Of a stretch of DNA of 64,000 bases, positions 9,371 to 19,089 are shown piece by piece; positions within the stretch are counted from its first letter, which is position 1, and each line of letters begins with the position of its first letter. The position numbers and the translations under genes were made by a program. The notes below the pieces were generated by a model that did no database searches, was not told the DNA's origin, and saw nothing but the letters and a program-made list of their open reading frames with translations. Origin of the DNA: Candidatus Cloacimonadales bacterium. GTDB taxonomy: Bacteria > Cloacimonadota > Cloacimonadia > Cloacimonadales > JAIOQZ01. The stretch lies in NCBI GenBank assembly GCA_963674825.1, contig OY771587.1, forward strand, positions 1,888,001 to 1,952,000, written 5' to 3'.

Positions 9371-11758
9371 TTAATGGAAAGGCTTAATATTGGCATTCGG
9401 GCCGAAATTTTCTTTCAATGACGTAAAAATATTTCTTGACTCGTAAAAACCATTCACATCATCATTCCTATTAAGAAGAAGCGTATAGAGTCCTATGTAT
9501 CTATCGATAAACTGGTTATATTGCTGAAGTCCCCAAAATGTCTGCCTGCGCCCCCTTTTCAAAGTCTCCATAAGGTGCTTATTCTTATTGATATACTCTT
9601 TGAAGAAACGTAAATATGTAATATGCTCTGTGACGATTTGATGGATGTAAAACATCTTTGATCCACTCGCTGTTGTTGAGCACCATTTAGATTCAAGAAA
9701 TTCTTGATTTGTCAACTTGATGTCGTCTTTTAAGCAGGTAAGAATCTTATCGTATAGAATACACACTCTCTTATATACACTTTTCACCACAACAACAAAC
9801 TCGTATGTTTTTTCTGGATACTTCATGTCACGGTTCTTATCCTTGTCTTGTTCATTAGGGTAATATGGTATTTTATTAAAAGCCAGATAGAGTGGCACAA
9901 TATATTTATTTGATCTTGAGCAATTAAAGAACTCAAAATTTGTTGAAATGCGATCAATGAAATACTTTCCCAAAGGAGTCAGTCTAATAAAGACCATATC
10001 TTTCTTGGACCTAAAAATGGTGTCAATGATCTTTTCATCGCTCATATTCTTCTGGAGGCTATCAAGTTGTTTCTTTGTCCAATCCTTATAATCAAGCACG
10101 ATGAATCGCTGCCAGTCTCCCTCTTTTGCCCGATAAAGTTGCTTCAGAGTGTCCGATAGCTTGAAGAGGGCTCTATATTGATGCGAAAAATCGCTATTGT
10201 AAGAATCCTCCAAATCTTTTAAGGTAGTAGTGCATTCGTAACCTCCATACGAAGAATTCCGAATAAATGTCAGCACCATACGCTCTAGGCTACATTTCTG
10301 GTTTTTTACGCTTGAGCTTGGCAACGCTATTTGTTTGAAATTATCGTTGTTTATTAAGCTGAAAAAATATACAGTAAAGTCCATTATACTATTACACGGA
10401 AAGTTCTTTGATATTGCTTCATCCTCTGGCCGATCATTTAATGCCAGCTCTTCAAAAAGTTTACTCCACTCAGCCCCAAAGATATCGAAATTGTTTGGAT
10501 TAACGAGGGTTGTCCTTTCCCTTAGCATTTTTAATGTTGCACTTACTCTGTTTTCTTCCAAGTCGTAATCGGAACTAGCACAGCGAAGGGATTTCATAAA
10601 TTTCGTTGAATCATTATTAAAAATGGATGGAAGCCATTTGTCTCGTTTCGTATTATAACCTGCAATATTTGTCCAAGAATTGTAAAGTTTAAAGAGTCCA
10701 AGCTCTTTTTTTTCTTCACTTTGCCCATTTGTGATGTATTGATATCGTTTACGCTGGATATCAAATGTGCTTGAAAGCTTTGAGAGAGTAGATATCTGAG
10801 ATTTATTGCTATATTGTTCAGCAGCTTCAGGCGGTACCAGATTTGAGTAAACATTTCGGTAGACTAAAATAAACTTTACCCTTTCTCTCCAATCAAAACT
10901 AGACACTTTAGGAATGATCTCTTTAATATTGCTTGTAACTTCAAACAAAATTCTCCACAATGGGATTTGTAAAAACCTGAAATCGATACCATCAAGATTA
11001 TCAAATACAAGGTAACATCCCTTAAATTTAAGTAATTCAGATTCAATGACAGACGTGACGCAGAACAACAATAGTTGACCTATCGGATTTAACATGTTAT
11101 ATATTTTTTCGACTGCATCAACTTCACCTGGCATAAACTTCGACACTAAAAGAGCTTTCTTCACATCCTCTTCAGTTATCTTCTTCTGACGCCCTAGATT
11201 AGTTCTATCGTGCAATACTGAGAGAGTCAGGTTATTATAGTGGTCAATAAAATTTTCACAAAGTACCCTATCCTTGAAACGCATATCCCAAAGAAGATTG
11301 ATTACTATATCTCTAATTTCAGGATGGGCTCGAATCTTTTCTAGAAGATATATCTTAATCGTTCTGAAGAAAATAGTCTCGCTTTGCTCATTCCTTTTAA
11401 ACTCTGTTCCTCCCTGGAAAGAAAGAAGCGGATTAACAATAACAGGATTGAAATCATCTTCTAGAAACGTGTTAAAAAACTGCGCTGTTGTTTCCTTGCG
11501 AAACAAACTATTGATCAAAGTAGATTTACCAAGCTTTGCGTAGCCTGTCACAATATTTATATAGGACTTATTTGACTTCTTGTCAGTTATCGAGCTGATC
11601 AACTTCTCCCTGAAAATCCTAAAATCCCTGTCAGCAATGAAGAAGTCCTGATAAAACAATTTCTCAAACTCACTTTGCTTGGCCTCGCGTTCATCAAAGT
11701 AGTTTTTATCATATGGGCTAAACTCTAAAACATTGGAATCTTTCTGCAAGTATTTCAT
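9371..11758 (-). CDS. Large hypothetical P-loop NTPase with probable C-terminal winged-helix region
   Basis: Walker A IVTGYAKLGKST, Walker B-like YLVFDNLD, a following strand FILVYR, and a wHTH-wing-like FIRLTPLGKYFI. AT-rich codon usage. Confidence 0.7.
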   Translation of the reverse strand: MKYLQKDSNVLEFSPYDKNYFDEREAKQSEFEKLFYQDFFIADRDFRIFREKLISSITDKKSNKSYINIVTGYAKLGKSTLINSLFRKETTAQFFNTFLEDDFNPVIVNPLLSFQGGTEFKRNEQSETIFFRTIKIYLLEKIRAHPEIRDIVINLLWDMRFKDRVLCENFIDHYNNLTLSVLHDRTNLGRQKKITEEDVKKALLVSKFMPGEVDAVEKIYNMLNPIGQLLLFCVTSVIESELLKFKGCYLVFDNLDGIDFRFLQIPLWRILFEVTSNIKEIIPKVSSFDWRERVKFILVYRNVYSNLVPPEAAEQYSNKSQISTLSKLSSTFDIQRKRYQYITNGQSEEKKELGLFKLYNSWTNIAGYNTKRDKWLPSIFNNDSTKFMKSLRCASSDYDLEENRVSATLKMLRERTTLVNPNNFDIFGAEWSKLFEELALNDRPEDEAISKNFPCNSIMDFTVYFFSLINNDNFKQIALPSSSVKNQKCSLERMVLTFIRNSSYGGYECTTTLKDLEDSYNSDFSHQYRALFKLSDTLKQLYRAKEGDWQRFIVLDYKDWTKKQLDSLQKNMSDEKIIDTIFRSKKDMVFIRLTPLGKYFIDRISTNFEFFNCSRSNKYIVPLYLAFNKIPYYPNEQDKDKNRDMKYPEKTYEFVVVVKSVYKRVCILYDKILTCLKDDIKLTNQEFLESKWCSTTASGSKMFYIHQIVTEHITYLRFFKEYINKNKHLMETLKRGRRQTFWGLQQYNQFIDRYIGLYTLLLNRNDDVNGFYESRNIFTSLKENFGPNANIKPFH

Positions 11759-12186
11759 GGGCGTTGTCCTTGATTGTTGGCGACGATGTACTCGCTTAGG
11801 GCTATAATCCTTTTCCTCTTGGATTCCGTAATTTGATGGACATTTTCGATTTTAGAGGTCTCTTCGAGGAGATCGTAAAGCCCCTGGATCTCATGCTGGA
11901 TTTGTGATCGCCGCAATGGCCGGTAATGCGTTAAAAACTTGTGATATATATCGATATTATACACATTCAGTAGTCGCTCGTAATCAAGCTTGTTATCAAC
12001 AAAGATTTGTGACTTGATTTCAATATAAAGATTTGTGAGGTTATCTGCTCGGTTATCGTTCCGTTGACCGATACTTGACCAAAGACTGAATGCAACCTTG
12101 ACAAGATGCACAGTAACCATAACTATCAAAACCATGATAAGAAGAGACAGACTACCTTGAAATATTGATTTGATTAATTGATCCAT
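11755..12186 (-). CDS. Small hypothetical protein with an N-terminal TM helix
   Basis: Hydrophobic residues ~12-36. Its stop overlaps the NTPase start (ATGA), which suggests translational coupling. Confidence 0.75.
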   Translation of the reverse strand: MDQLIKSIFQGSLSLLIMVLIVMVTVHLVKVAFSLWSSIGQRNDNRADNLTNLYIEIKSQIFVDNKLDYERLLNVYNIDIYHKFLTHYRPLRRSQIQHEIQGLYDLLEETSKIENVHQITESKRKRIIALSEYIVANNQGQRP

Positions 12187-12303
12187 AAGTTTATCCCCGT
12201 AAATTCAATCAAGCAGAAATGCAATTAGCACGTCAAGGAAATTTTACCGTCAATTAACATTTACTTGATATGACTTATGGTTTTTAATAGGGTTTATTCG
12301 CTA

Positions 12304-12515
12304 AAACGCAGTTTGTCGATGCGGAGACGGGCGAGAAGATCACGGTGTTCCCCTGGCAGATTCGCAAGGATTACCTGGAGCAATTCCACGGCGTGGCCGA
12401 TTACATCAAACAGAAATGCCACGAATACCGCGTGGAATACAATCCTATTACCACCGATACGCCCTTCGAACAAAATCTGATGAACTATCTGATCAAACGC
12501 AGCCGCTTGCATTGA
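12304..12515 (+). pseudogene. Orphan 3' fragment of the DUF58 gene (direct repeat copy 2)
   Basis: Encodes TQFVDAETGEK...LIKRSRLH*. An in-frame TAG lies at 12288-12290 and there is no start codon between it and the fragment. Confidence 0.9.
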
Positions 12516-12524
12516 TGCGTTCTA

Positions 12525-13202
12525 TTACTGGTTGATAATCTCCTGTGCTTCTTCCTTGTCGTCGCTGTAGGTGAAGGCTGAGATGATATTGTGCGAATTC
12601 TCACGATCGACAACCATCGGATAAAGGAGACGCAGTGCGGCGATCTGGTCGTCGGAATAGGTCAGGACGGTGATAACACGCACGGTTTGATCCACGGTGA
12701 AATGATTGCGTTTGGCAGCCGACCGGATGACATTGAGTTGGTCGTCCGCAAAACTTTCGTTCCGAATCTGGTTCAGGAGATTGGAGAAATCGGCTTCATT
12801 CATTGCTTGTGAGGTAGGAGCGGATGTCTCCGAAATAACCGGTTCATCCGTCGTGTCGTTGAAGTTGACGTTCAACGAAATGCTCGATGTGGTCGAACTG
12901 CTTGACGTGGTAACTTGAACATGTTCGTCGGTTGGCAGGCTTCCCAGCATGGCGAAAATCTCGTCCATAAGCTTCTTTGCCTTCATGTCGCCGGTTCGCC
13001 CGAGTTTATCCTTGTAGAGCGATTCCAATTCTTCCAGCTTGAGCCCGATATTCTCGACGATCTGACCGGACGATACCGTTCCATTTTGCGTTGTACCGGA
13101 TATCTCTACACTGACTTCCCCGCCGGGTGTTTTAAAGACGATTTCGTCCGCCGTCAGCATTGCGGCGAATAGGAATAGCGCGATTATAATGGTTATTTTC
13201 AT
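12525..13202 (-). CDS. Secreted DUF4476-domain protein
   Basis: Signal peptide; C-terminal MNEADFSNLL..ESFADDQL..FTVDQ..LYPMVVDREN..AFTYSDDK pattern. AGGAGG RBS. Confidence 0.75.
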   Translation of the reverse strand: MKITIIIALFLFAAMLTADEIVFKTPGGEVSVEISGTTQNGTVSSGQIVENIGLKLEELESLYKDKLGRTGDMKAKKLMDEIFAMLGSLPTDEHVQVTTSSSSTTSSISLNVNFNDTTDEPVISETSAPTSQAMNEADFSNLLNQIRNESFADDQLNVIRSAAKRNHFTVDQTVRVITVLTYSDDQIAALRLLYPMVVDRENSHNIISAFTYSDDKEEAQEIINQ

Positions 13203-13383
13203 AGTAAACCTCCTGAGAAAAACTTAGACTGTACTTGAATTGTCTGGATTCATGCGTCAATATCTTTTTCCGTAAGGAATTATTTACAGTGATTATAAAG
13301 TCCTTAAGTTATTGAAGCCGTTATTTCAGATGACTCTTTGGCGTTTGATGTAACGATACCCCATAACATTGTATCGCATTTAT

Positions 13384-14526
13384 TTACAGCGTTGGAAGAT
13401 ATTTGTGTACCAGCCAGTTCTTCATGTTCTCGTCTCTGCCGAAAGCTTCGTAGAACATGAACAGTCGCAGGCACCCAAAGAAAAACGCCTGCTGACGGAT
13501 ATCCTCGCGTTGTTCCTCGTCTGGCGAATCGAAGTAATAGCGCTCGAACAGCTCCCATACCCGAAACGCCAGCTCTGGCTCCATACCTACGGCGCGTTCC
13601 GATATATGTGTTTGCCGGCTGCAATAGAAGATGTTGTAAATTTGCCCCACATCGAACATGGGATGGCCCAGCGAGAAGTCACCCAGGTCAATCAGACGAG
13701 GCTCACCGTCTTGTATAAGTATGTTACTGGTGTGAAGGTCTCCGTGAACGCAAGTGTCCACTTCCGGTATAGCGAGGACCTTCTCCAAGATCAATGAGCG
13801 CTGCTTATCATCGAGGAAGTCCACTGTTTGAATAGCTTTCTGACAGGCATCACGGGTTCTGGAGAAAACAGCAGGGTTTCCTTTTGTGGTGTGAATAAGC
13901 TTGCATACGTCGGAAAACATACGAACAAGCTCTTCCAGCCTATCGGGGTTTTCCACGATCAGTTGCGAAAGAGTCTTCGCGTTGAGCATCTCATACAGGA
14001 TACCTTTACGCCGTTCATGAGCCACAATATCATATGAAATAGCCGTAGGCAGTCCGGCTACGAAGGCGGCGCGCGCATATGCTTTTTCTCTTTCCGCAAT
14101 CTCGTCCGAAACGTGTTCGAAATACAGTTTGAGCAGCGTTTCATCGTCCACCCGATAGCACTCGCCCGTCACCCCACGCGCAATGCACTCCAACCCAGCG
14201 ATGGACACCTGACGCAACATCGGCTCGATATGCATGATATCTGTGAAGCCTGTGGTGGTGAATATCTCCATTATGGGGGCGGGTACGTTGATGATGCTCA
14301 AGCTTCCTTTCGCGGCCAGCTTCTTGTGAACGGCGAGCAGTACGCGCAGCCCGGCACTGGAGATAAATCGAAGATCGCCAAGGTCTGCTACCAGCCGTAC
14401 GTTGTTTTCAACCTCTTTTATGAGATCGGCTTCCAGCGCTGGCGCTGTGAAAGAGTCGATTCGACCGGCGAGGAATACTTTCAGTTGGTTGTCTGTTCTT
14501 TCTGTTTTCATTTTGTACCGATCCAT
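13384..14526 (-). CDS. STAS (anti-sigma antagonist) domain fused to an APH/choline-kinase-like phosphotransferase
   Basis: GRIDSFTA...DLRFISSAGLRVLL (STAS with the conserved Ser), then LLKLY, HGDLHTSNI and LIDLGD. Start uncertain (14526 or 14511). Confidence 0.85.
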   Translation of the reverse strand: MDRYKMKTERTDNQLKVFLAGRIDSFTAPALEADLIKEVENNVRLVADLGDLRFISSAGLRVLLAVHKKLAAKGSLSIINVPAPIMEIFTTTGFTDIMHIEPMLRQVSIAGLECIARGVTGECYRVDDETLLKLYFEHVSDEIAEREKAYARAAFVAGLPTAISYDIVAHERRKGILYEMLNAKTLSQLIVENPDRLEELVRMFSDVCKLIHTTKGNPAVFSRTRDACQKAIQTVDFLDDKQRSLILEKVLAIPEVDTCVHGDLHTSNILIQDGEPRLIDLGDFSLGHPMFDVGQIYNIFYCSRQTHISERAVGMEPELAFRVWELFERYYFDSPDEEQREDIRQQAFFFGCLRLFMFYEAFGRDENMKNWLVHKYLPTL

Positions 14527-14613
14527 TTTATTGATTCCTGCGTGCACTTCGTTATCAATCCGATCGAGAAAAACCAAATGAACTAACGGATCAATCGCGG
14601 TCATCTGTATAGT

Positions 14614-15354
14614 TCAATAAACCGTCGTCATCTCTTCCCACGTAATAGTGAAGCTGTTTACTCCGTCGATCATTTCCTTTCGAGTGTAACGCACATCACC
14701 TTCTGTGTCCTGGACGAAAATGAAACTGTTGGCAGAGAGGTTCATATAGCCTTCGAATTCTCCGTATTCATTGATCATGGGAAAGGCGTAGGTGCAGTAA
14801 AGACCAGGCAGGGGCTGAATGTCGTCAAACATTGCGAAGCCATCTGAAGTTGTGGTTCTGACACCGGGTACATTATCTCCGATGCATTGCAGGAGGTAAA
14901 CATACAGCGTATCCTGCATGGCGATTGCATCCTCCCACCAAACGGTTAGATGCCCTTTATACACGCCTTGCTCAACAGTTTCGCCGAGATAATTTCTACC
15001 GCTCCATATCAGGGAGTGGGCTCCCGAAGGCAGATTTTCGTCGATCGGCATACTGACGAATCGATCCCAATAATCGGTAATGACAAGCTTCGTCGGACAG
15101 GAGCCGAATCCGTAGTCATCGATTGTGAAACGAATTTGCGTAACCGGGCGTAAGCTCAGGCTGTACACATTGTAGGACGAAAGCTGTACCAGATATCCGT
15201 CAAGTGGCTCACCCAATTCGTTCTGCAATAGCACTTCGCATGAGAATGGCGCTTCGGGTACTTCGACTTCCACGATTTCGGTAACGGTCTTTTCTTTTTC
15301 GCAGGCCATGAGCAGAAAACAAAACAGTACAGTGACGATAATCATCAGTTTCAT
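14614..15354 (-). CDS. Lipoprotein with internal FlgD-Ig-like segment (paralogue B)
   Basis: Lipobox LMAC; GAHSLIWSGRNYLGETVEQGVY. Paralogous to 15358..16059. Confidence 0.75.
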   Translation of the reverse strand: MKLMIIVTVLFCFLLMACEKEKTVTEIVEVEVPEAPFSCEVLLQNELGEPLDGYLVQLSSYNVYSLSLRPVTQIRFTIDDYGFGSCPTKLVITDYWDRFVSMPIDENLPSGAHSLIWSGRNYLGETVEQGVYKGHLTVWWEDAIAMQDTLYVYLLQCIGDNVPGVRTTTSDGFAMFDDIQPLPGLYCTYAFPMINEYGEFEGYMNLSANSFIFVQDTEGDVRYTRKEMIDGVNSFTITWEEMTTVY

Positions 15355-15357
15355 GAA

Positions 15358-16059
15358 CTATTCTTCTGCCTCGGGAGTCAACTCCTCCCACGTAATGGTG
15401 AAGCTGTTCTTGCCGTCTGTCATCTCGCGCTGGGTGTAGCGGATTTCTCCGTCGGGAGCCTGTACGATGATATAGCTGTTAGGAGACAGATCAAGAAAAC
15501 CGATGGCCTCACCGTTCTCACCATAGGCGGGAACTTGCTCCGTGCAATAGATGCCCGGCAGCGGGATGATATTCGTGAACATTGCTGAGCCCTGCTCGGA
15601 AGTGGTGAGTATGCCGGGATTGTCTTCCTCGATTCCGTAGAGGAGGTATATGAAGTCTTGCTTTTCATATTCGACAACGCCATCATTCCAGGATTTCAGC
15701 CAGTACTTGTATAGCCCCATTATGACGGTTTCACCGTCCTCATCTTTTCCGTCCCATGCCAGCGAGTGTTCTCCATTATCCTCATACTCGATTTCTCGCA
15801 CGAAATTGCCCCAGTAATCGGCGATGGTCAGGGTAATATCATTGGGATCATTAATGTCGCGCTCGGCAATGACGATCGATTCACCGTCGTATTTATTGAG
15901 CGAGGTAAGTTGGATCCGGTAGTTTTCCAATGGTGCGCCGTCGGCGTTCCGGAGCGTGACTTCGCAAGAGAATGCGGTGTTGGTTCCTGTGCTGTCGTTG
16001 CAAGCGGTCAGAATCAATGCTAAAAAGAACAATGTAAATATTGTGTACCTCATGGTCAA
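15358..16059 (-). CDS. Lipoprotein with internal FlgD-Ig-like segment (paralogue A)
   Basis: Lipobox LTAC; GEHSLAWDGKDEDGETVIMGLY. Shares FSCEV.. and NSFTITWEE with its neighbour. Confidence 0.75.
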   Translation of the reverse strand: MTMRYTIFTLFFLALILTACNDSTGTNTAFSCEVTLRNADGAPLENYRIQLTSLNKYDGESIVIAERDINDPNDITLTIADYWGNFVREIEYEDNGEHSLAWDGKDEDGETVIMGLYKYWLKSWNDGVVEYEKQDFIYLLYGIEEDNPGILTTSEQGSAMFTNIIPLPGIYCTEQVPAYGENGEAIGFLDLSPNSYIIVQAPDGEIRYTQREMTDGKNSFTITWEELTPEAEE

Positions 16060-16193
16060 ACCTCCATCTGTGTTAATTTAGGAACTCATCATCGAGGATG
16101 TCAAGACATTCTCACACCCGTATTTCTTGAAATAGCTTGACGGTACCACACAATTGGAAAATGGTTTCTAATCAATTTCGGTGGAGGAACCGA

Positions 16194-18452
16194 ATGCCGG
16201 AAAAAGAGCAAACACAGAATATAAATGAAATGACACCGCTTGATTTAATTGAAGCAGGAACGAAGTTAGCGGGTCGCAAAGAACTTGTGCAAGCGAACGA
16301 GATTCTATCGCTTTTAGAGAATTACTATGCAAAGCAGGAATGCCCGGTCGAATATGTCGAAATTGTGAAAGGTGCGATTTCCTTCAGTGAACATCGTTTT
16401 GACGAGGCGATTTCCAATTTCGAGCACTGTGTCCCGTATTTATCGGAGCATGAAATGATTCCCGAATTGATGTACGTCTGCAATGCACTTGGCACCATTT
16501 ATCGTACAAAAAACGAATACCACCGTGCCATCTACTGGCAACAATACGCCCTGGAAGGCAGGGAAGAAACGCTGAAGCCGTATGTCATCGGCGTACTGTA
16601 TAACAATATGGGGAACTCGTATACTCAGCTTAGCGAGTTTGATAAAGCGCTCGAATGTTGCTTCAAATCCATGAAGATTCGCGAGGAAATCGGAGATTTG
16701 ACCGGCGTGGCGAGTTGCAACCTCAATATCGCTGAGGTTTATATTGAGATGAACGAACTCGGTAACGCGGCTCAATTCGTTGAGAACGCCATTTCATTCT
16801 ACCGTGAGAATGGGAAAGAAATTCAACTGTCCAAAGCCCTCAATATGATGGGAGCTCTGTGCAAGGATTTCGGGAAACTGGATCAAGCAATAACGGTGTT
16901 GCTTGAATCGCTGGAAATCAAGGAGAAATACAACCAGATCAATCTCATTCATGTCACATTGCATACGCTGGGGCTTGTGTACCGGGAAAAGGGTGATTAT
17001 GAGAAATCGCGATCATTTTTCGAACGGTCCCTGGAGATACGCAGAGAATTGGGACATAATGACAATGTGGCGTCATCGCTGCTTGCGCTGGCATATACCT
17101 ATCTGTTAGAGGAACGGTATAACGAAGCGATCGATTACTGCATGCAGGCATCGGCGATCGAAATCCATCGCAAGGGGCTGCTGCACGATATGAATGAAAT
17201 TCTCTCCGCTTGCTACATCGAGTTGGGCGATTTCGAGCGTGCGTGCAAATATCAGAGCGAGAAGTACAACCATGCAATAGAAGTATATAAGGAAGAACGC
17301 GCAGCGAAACTGGCTGAAGCGCAGACACGATTCGACCTGGAAACCCAGAAAAAAGAAGCGGAGATCTATCGTCTGAAGAATGTCGAGTTATTGGAGAAAA
17401 ACCGGCAGATCGAAGAGCAGAAAGCATGCATCGAAGAAACACTACGTAAGCTAAGGAAAAGCGAACGATCCCTCGATTTTATCCAGGAGCGCTTTATCGA
17501 GATAGCTGGTCGTAAGATCATCGGTGACAGCGACGAGGTGAAGGGAATCCTGAACATGGTAGGGAAAGTCGCCAAGACAGATAACACAACAGTGCTGATT
17601 ATTGGCGAAAGCGGTACGGGTAAGGAGCTTATTGCACGTGCAATCCACGATGCCAGCCGTCGCTCGAAACAATTCTTTCATGGCGTGAACTCTTCCGCAA
17701 TATCCTCCACCCTTTTCGAAAGTGAGCTTTTCGGGTATGAGAAGGGGGCCTTCACTGGCGCGGTTACAGCCAGACCGGGGTGGTTTGAAGTCGCAAACGG
17801 TGGAACACTGTTCCTGGATGAGATCGGAACCATGCCCATTGATCAGCAGATCAAGCTGCTACGCGTCCTGGAAGAGCGAAATGTCATCCGCGTGGGGGCA
17901 CGTAACCAGATTGCTGTCGATGTCAGAATCATATCTGCCACCAACCAGAATCTCACCGACCTGGTAAACGAAGGCAAGTTCCGTGAGGATCTTTACCATC
18001 GTCTGGCGGCATTCGTAATCCACATCCCACCGCTCAGAGAGAGAAAATCGGACATCCCCATCTTGTTCGAGCACTACATTTCCTACTTCTCGAAGGCTAT
18101 GAATAAGTCGATCCGTCGAATTGATCCACTTGTTATCGAGATACTCATGGGATACTCGTTCCCTGGAAATATCCGCGAACTAAAAAACCTCGCGGAAAAG
18201 GCTGTTATTCTCTGCGAGAGCAGCACATTGCAGCCTGAACATATCGAGATCCACGCAAAATCACTGGCTAAGGTCACAACATCCGACGATACGCTCAATC
18301 TTGCTGATCTGGAGGAACGAGCAGTTCGTCGTGCGCTGGAATTGACGAGCGGCAATCAGGCTGCTGCCGCGCGATTGCTGGGCATTACCTCAAAGTCTGT
18401 AGAGCGCCGTCTTGTGAAGTACGGAATTCCCACTCGATTCCAGATAACCTGA
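16194..18452 (+). CDS. Sigma54-dependent enhancer-binding activator: TPR repeats, AAA+ domain and Fis-type HTH
   Basis: [49 protein letters not shown], and [15 protein letters not shown]. About 8 TPR-like repeats. GGAGG RBS before ATG 16194. Confidence 0.93.
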   Translation: MPEKEQTQNINEMTPLDLIEAGTKLAGRKELVQANEILSLLENYYAKQECPVEYVEIVKGAISFSEHRFDEAISNFEHCVPYLSEHEMIPELMYVCNALGTIYRTKNEYHRAIYWQQYALEGREETLKPYVIGVLYNNMGNSYTQLSEFDKALECCFKSMKIREEIGDLTGVASCNLNIAEVYIEMNELGNAAQFVENAISFYRENGKEIQLSKALNMMGALCKDFGKLDQAITVLLESLEIKEKYNQINLIHVTLHTLGLVYREKGDYEKSRSFFERSLEIRRELGHNDNVASSLLALAYTYLLEERYNEAIDYCMQASAIEIHRKGLLHDMNEILSACYIELGDFERACKYQSEKYNHAIEVYKEERAAKLAEAQTRFDLETQKKEAEIYRLKNVELLEKNRQIEEQKACIEETLRKLRKSERSLDFIQERFIEIAGRKIIGDSDEVKGILNMVGKVAKTDNTTVLIIGESGTGKELIARAIHDASRRSKQFFHGVNSSAISSTLFESELFGYEKGAFTGAVTARPGWFEVANGGTLFLDEIGTMPIDQQIKLLRVLEERNVIRVGARNQIAVDVRIISATNQNLTDLVNEGKFREDLYHRLAAFVIHIPPLRERKSDIPILFEHYISYFSKAMNKSIRRIDPLVIEILMGYSFPGNIRELKNLAEKAVILCESSTLQPEHIEIHAKSLAKVTTSDDTLNLADLEERAVRRALELTSGNQAAAARLLGITSKSVERRLVKYGIPTRFQIT

Positions 18453-18464
18453 CGAAAACGTCAG
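18449..18464. promoter_or_regulatory. Palindromic site CTGACG-AAAA-CGTCAG, putative activator UAS
   Basis: Perfect 6-bp-arm inverted repeat. The same motif recurs at 18547, 53612 and 53826. Confidence 0.7.
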
Positions 18465-18545
18465 ATATGACGATTTGGAGAAATTAATGGAGTATGTCGT
18501 AACTAATTATATATAAGTTTCTTAAGCACATATCATACCTACATG

Positions 18546-18570
18546 CCTGACGTTTGCGTCAGGTTTTTTT
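18546..18570 (+). promoter_or_regulatory. CCTGACG-TTTG-CGTCAGG plus T7: putative UAS that could also act as an intrinsic terminator
   Basis: Inverted repeat followed by a T-run, ~100 bp upstream of a sigma54 motif. Confidence 0.65.
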
Positions 18571-18615
18571 ATGCATTTTGATATTATACATCCGATTTTT
18601 TATACCCGTTGTTTT

Positions 18616-18628
18616 TAACCTACTGATA
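18616..18628 (-). promoter_or_regulatory. IHF-like site
   Basis: Reverse complement TATCAG-TAGG-TTA fits WATCARNNNNTTR and lies between the UAS and the sigma54 promoter. Confidence 0.5.
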
Positions 18629-18647
18629 AATAATGATGTTACGGGGG

Positions 18648-18662
18648 TGGCACAAGAAATGT
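18648..18662 (+). promoter_or_regulatory. Sigma54 (-24/-12) promoter variant TGGCAC-AAGAA-ATGT
   Basis: GG-N10-GT spacing, downstream of a sigma54 activator gene and upstream of 18696. Confidence 0.7.
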
Positions 18663-18695
18663 ATTAATAGCCGGTAAATCAAAATTGGAGCGATT

Positions 18696-19055
18696 ATGAA
18701 TATTTTGTTGATCGGCTCGAACGGTATAACGTCGGAGCTTCTTGAGTATTTGCAAAAGATCGTCGATGGATCTGTTTTCCTGGCGACTTCTGTGAAGGAA
18801 GCTCTTCATCTTGTGCGAAACTACTCATTTCGTTTCATCGTGCTCAATATAAGCAGTGAACAGGATCTTCCCATCTACAGGGAGATCATGATGCACGCAA
18901 AGCAGGCGATGCAGATCGTTTGTGGTGGCGATATCCAGCAGATGAAAAAGGTACTCGAAAATGGTGCGGCGACCTGGGTTCCAGACTTCGAGACGCTTGT
19001 GACCTTCCTTGAGTTCCAAGAGGAACGGAGATATCAATCTCAACAATCACGATGA
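18696..19055 (+). CDS. Stand-alone atypical receiver-like protein
   Basis: REC-like pattern (MNILLIG...ATSVKEAL...FRFIVLN), but Asn sits at the phospho-Asp position and there is no acidic pocket. GGAG RBS. Confidence 0.6.
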   Translation: MNILLIGSNGITSELLEYLQKIVDGSVFLATSVKEALHLVRNYSFRFIVLNISSEQDLPIYREIMMHAKQAMQIVCGGDIQQMKKVLENGAATWVPDFETLVTFLEFQEERRYQSQQSR

Positions 19056-19089
19056 GATAAGAAAACAAATAATATAATCAGGAGGAACT

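Larger units (their letters stand above)
9323..12303. mobile_element. AT-rich genomic islet bounded by the duplicated DUF58 3' end; no integrase
   Basis: Abrupt composition shift (hand counts: line 9901 has 15/60 G+C, line 9181 has 35/60) and 212-bp flanking direct repeats. Confidence 0.75.

Noticed and set aside
12277..12512. Short ORFs 12277..12480 (+) and 12294..12512 (-)
   Set aside because: They are off-frame and antisense readings of the duplicated DUF58 fragment.
9111..12515. Diversity-generating retroelement TR/VR pair
   Set aside because: The 14 differences are not adenine-specific and are mostly synonymous third-position changes; no reverse transcriptase is present in the window.
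16137..16193. TTG start of the sigma54 activator as given in the ORF track
   Set aside because: TTGACG there looks like a -35 box, and ATG 16194 has a GGAGG RBS.
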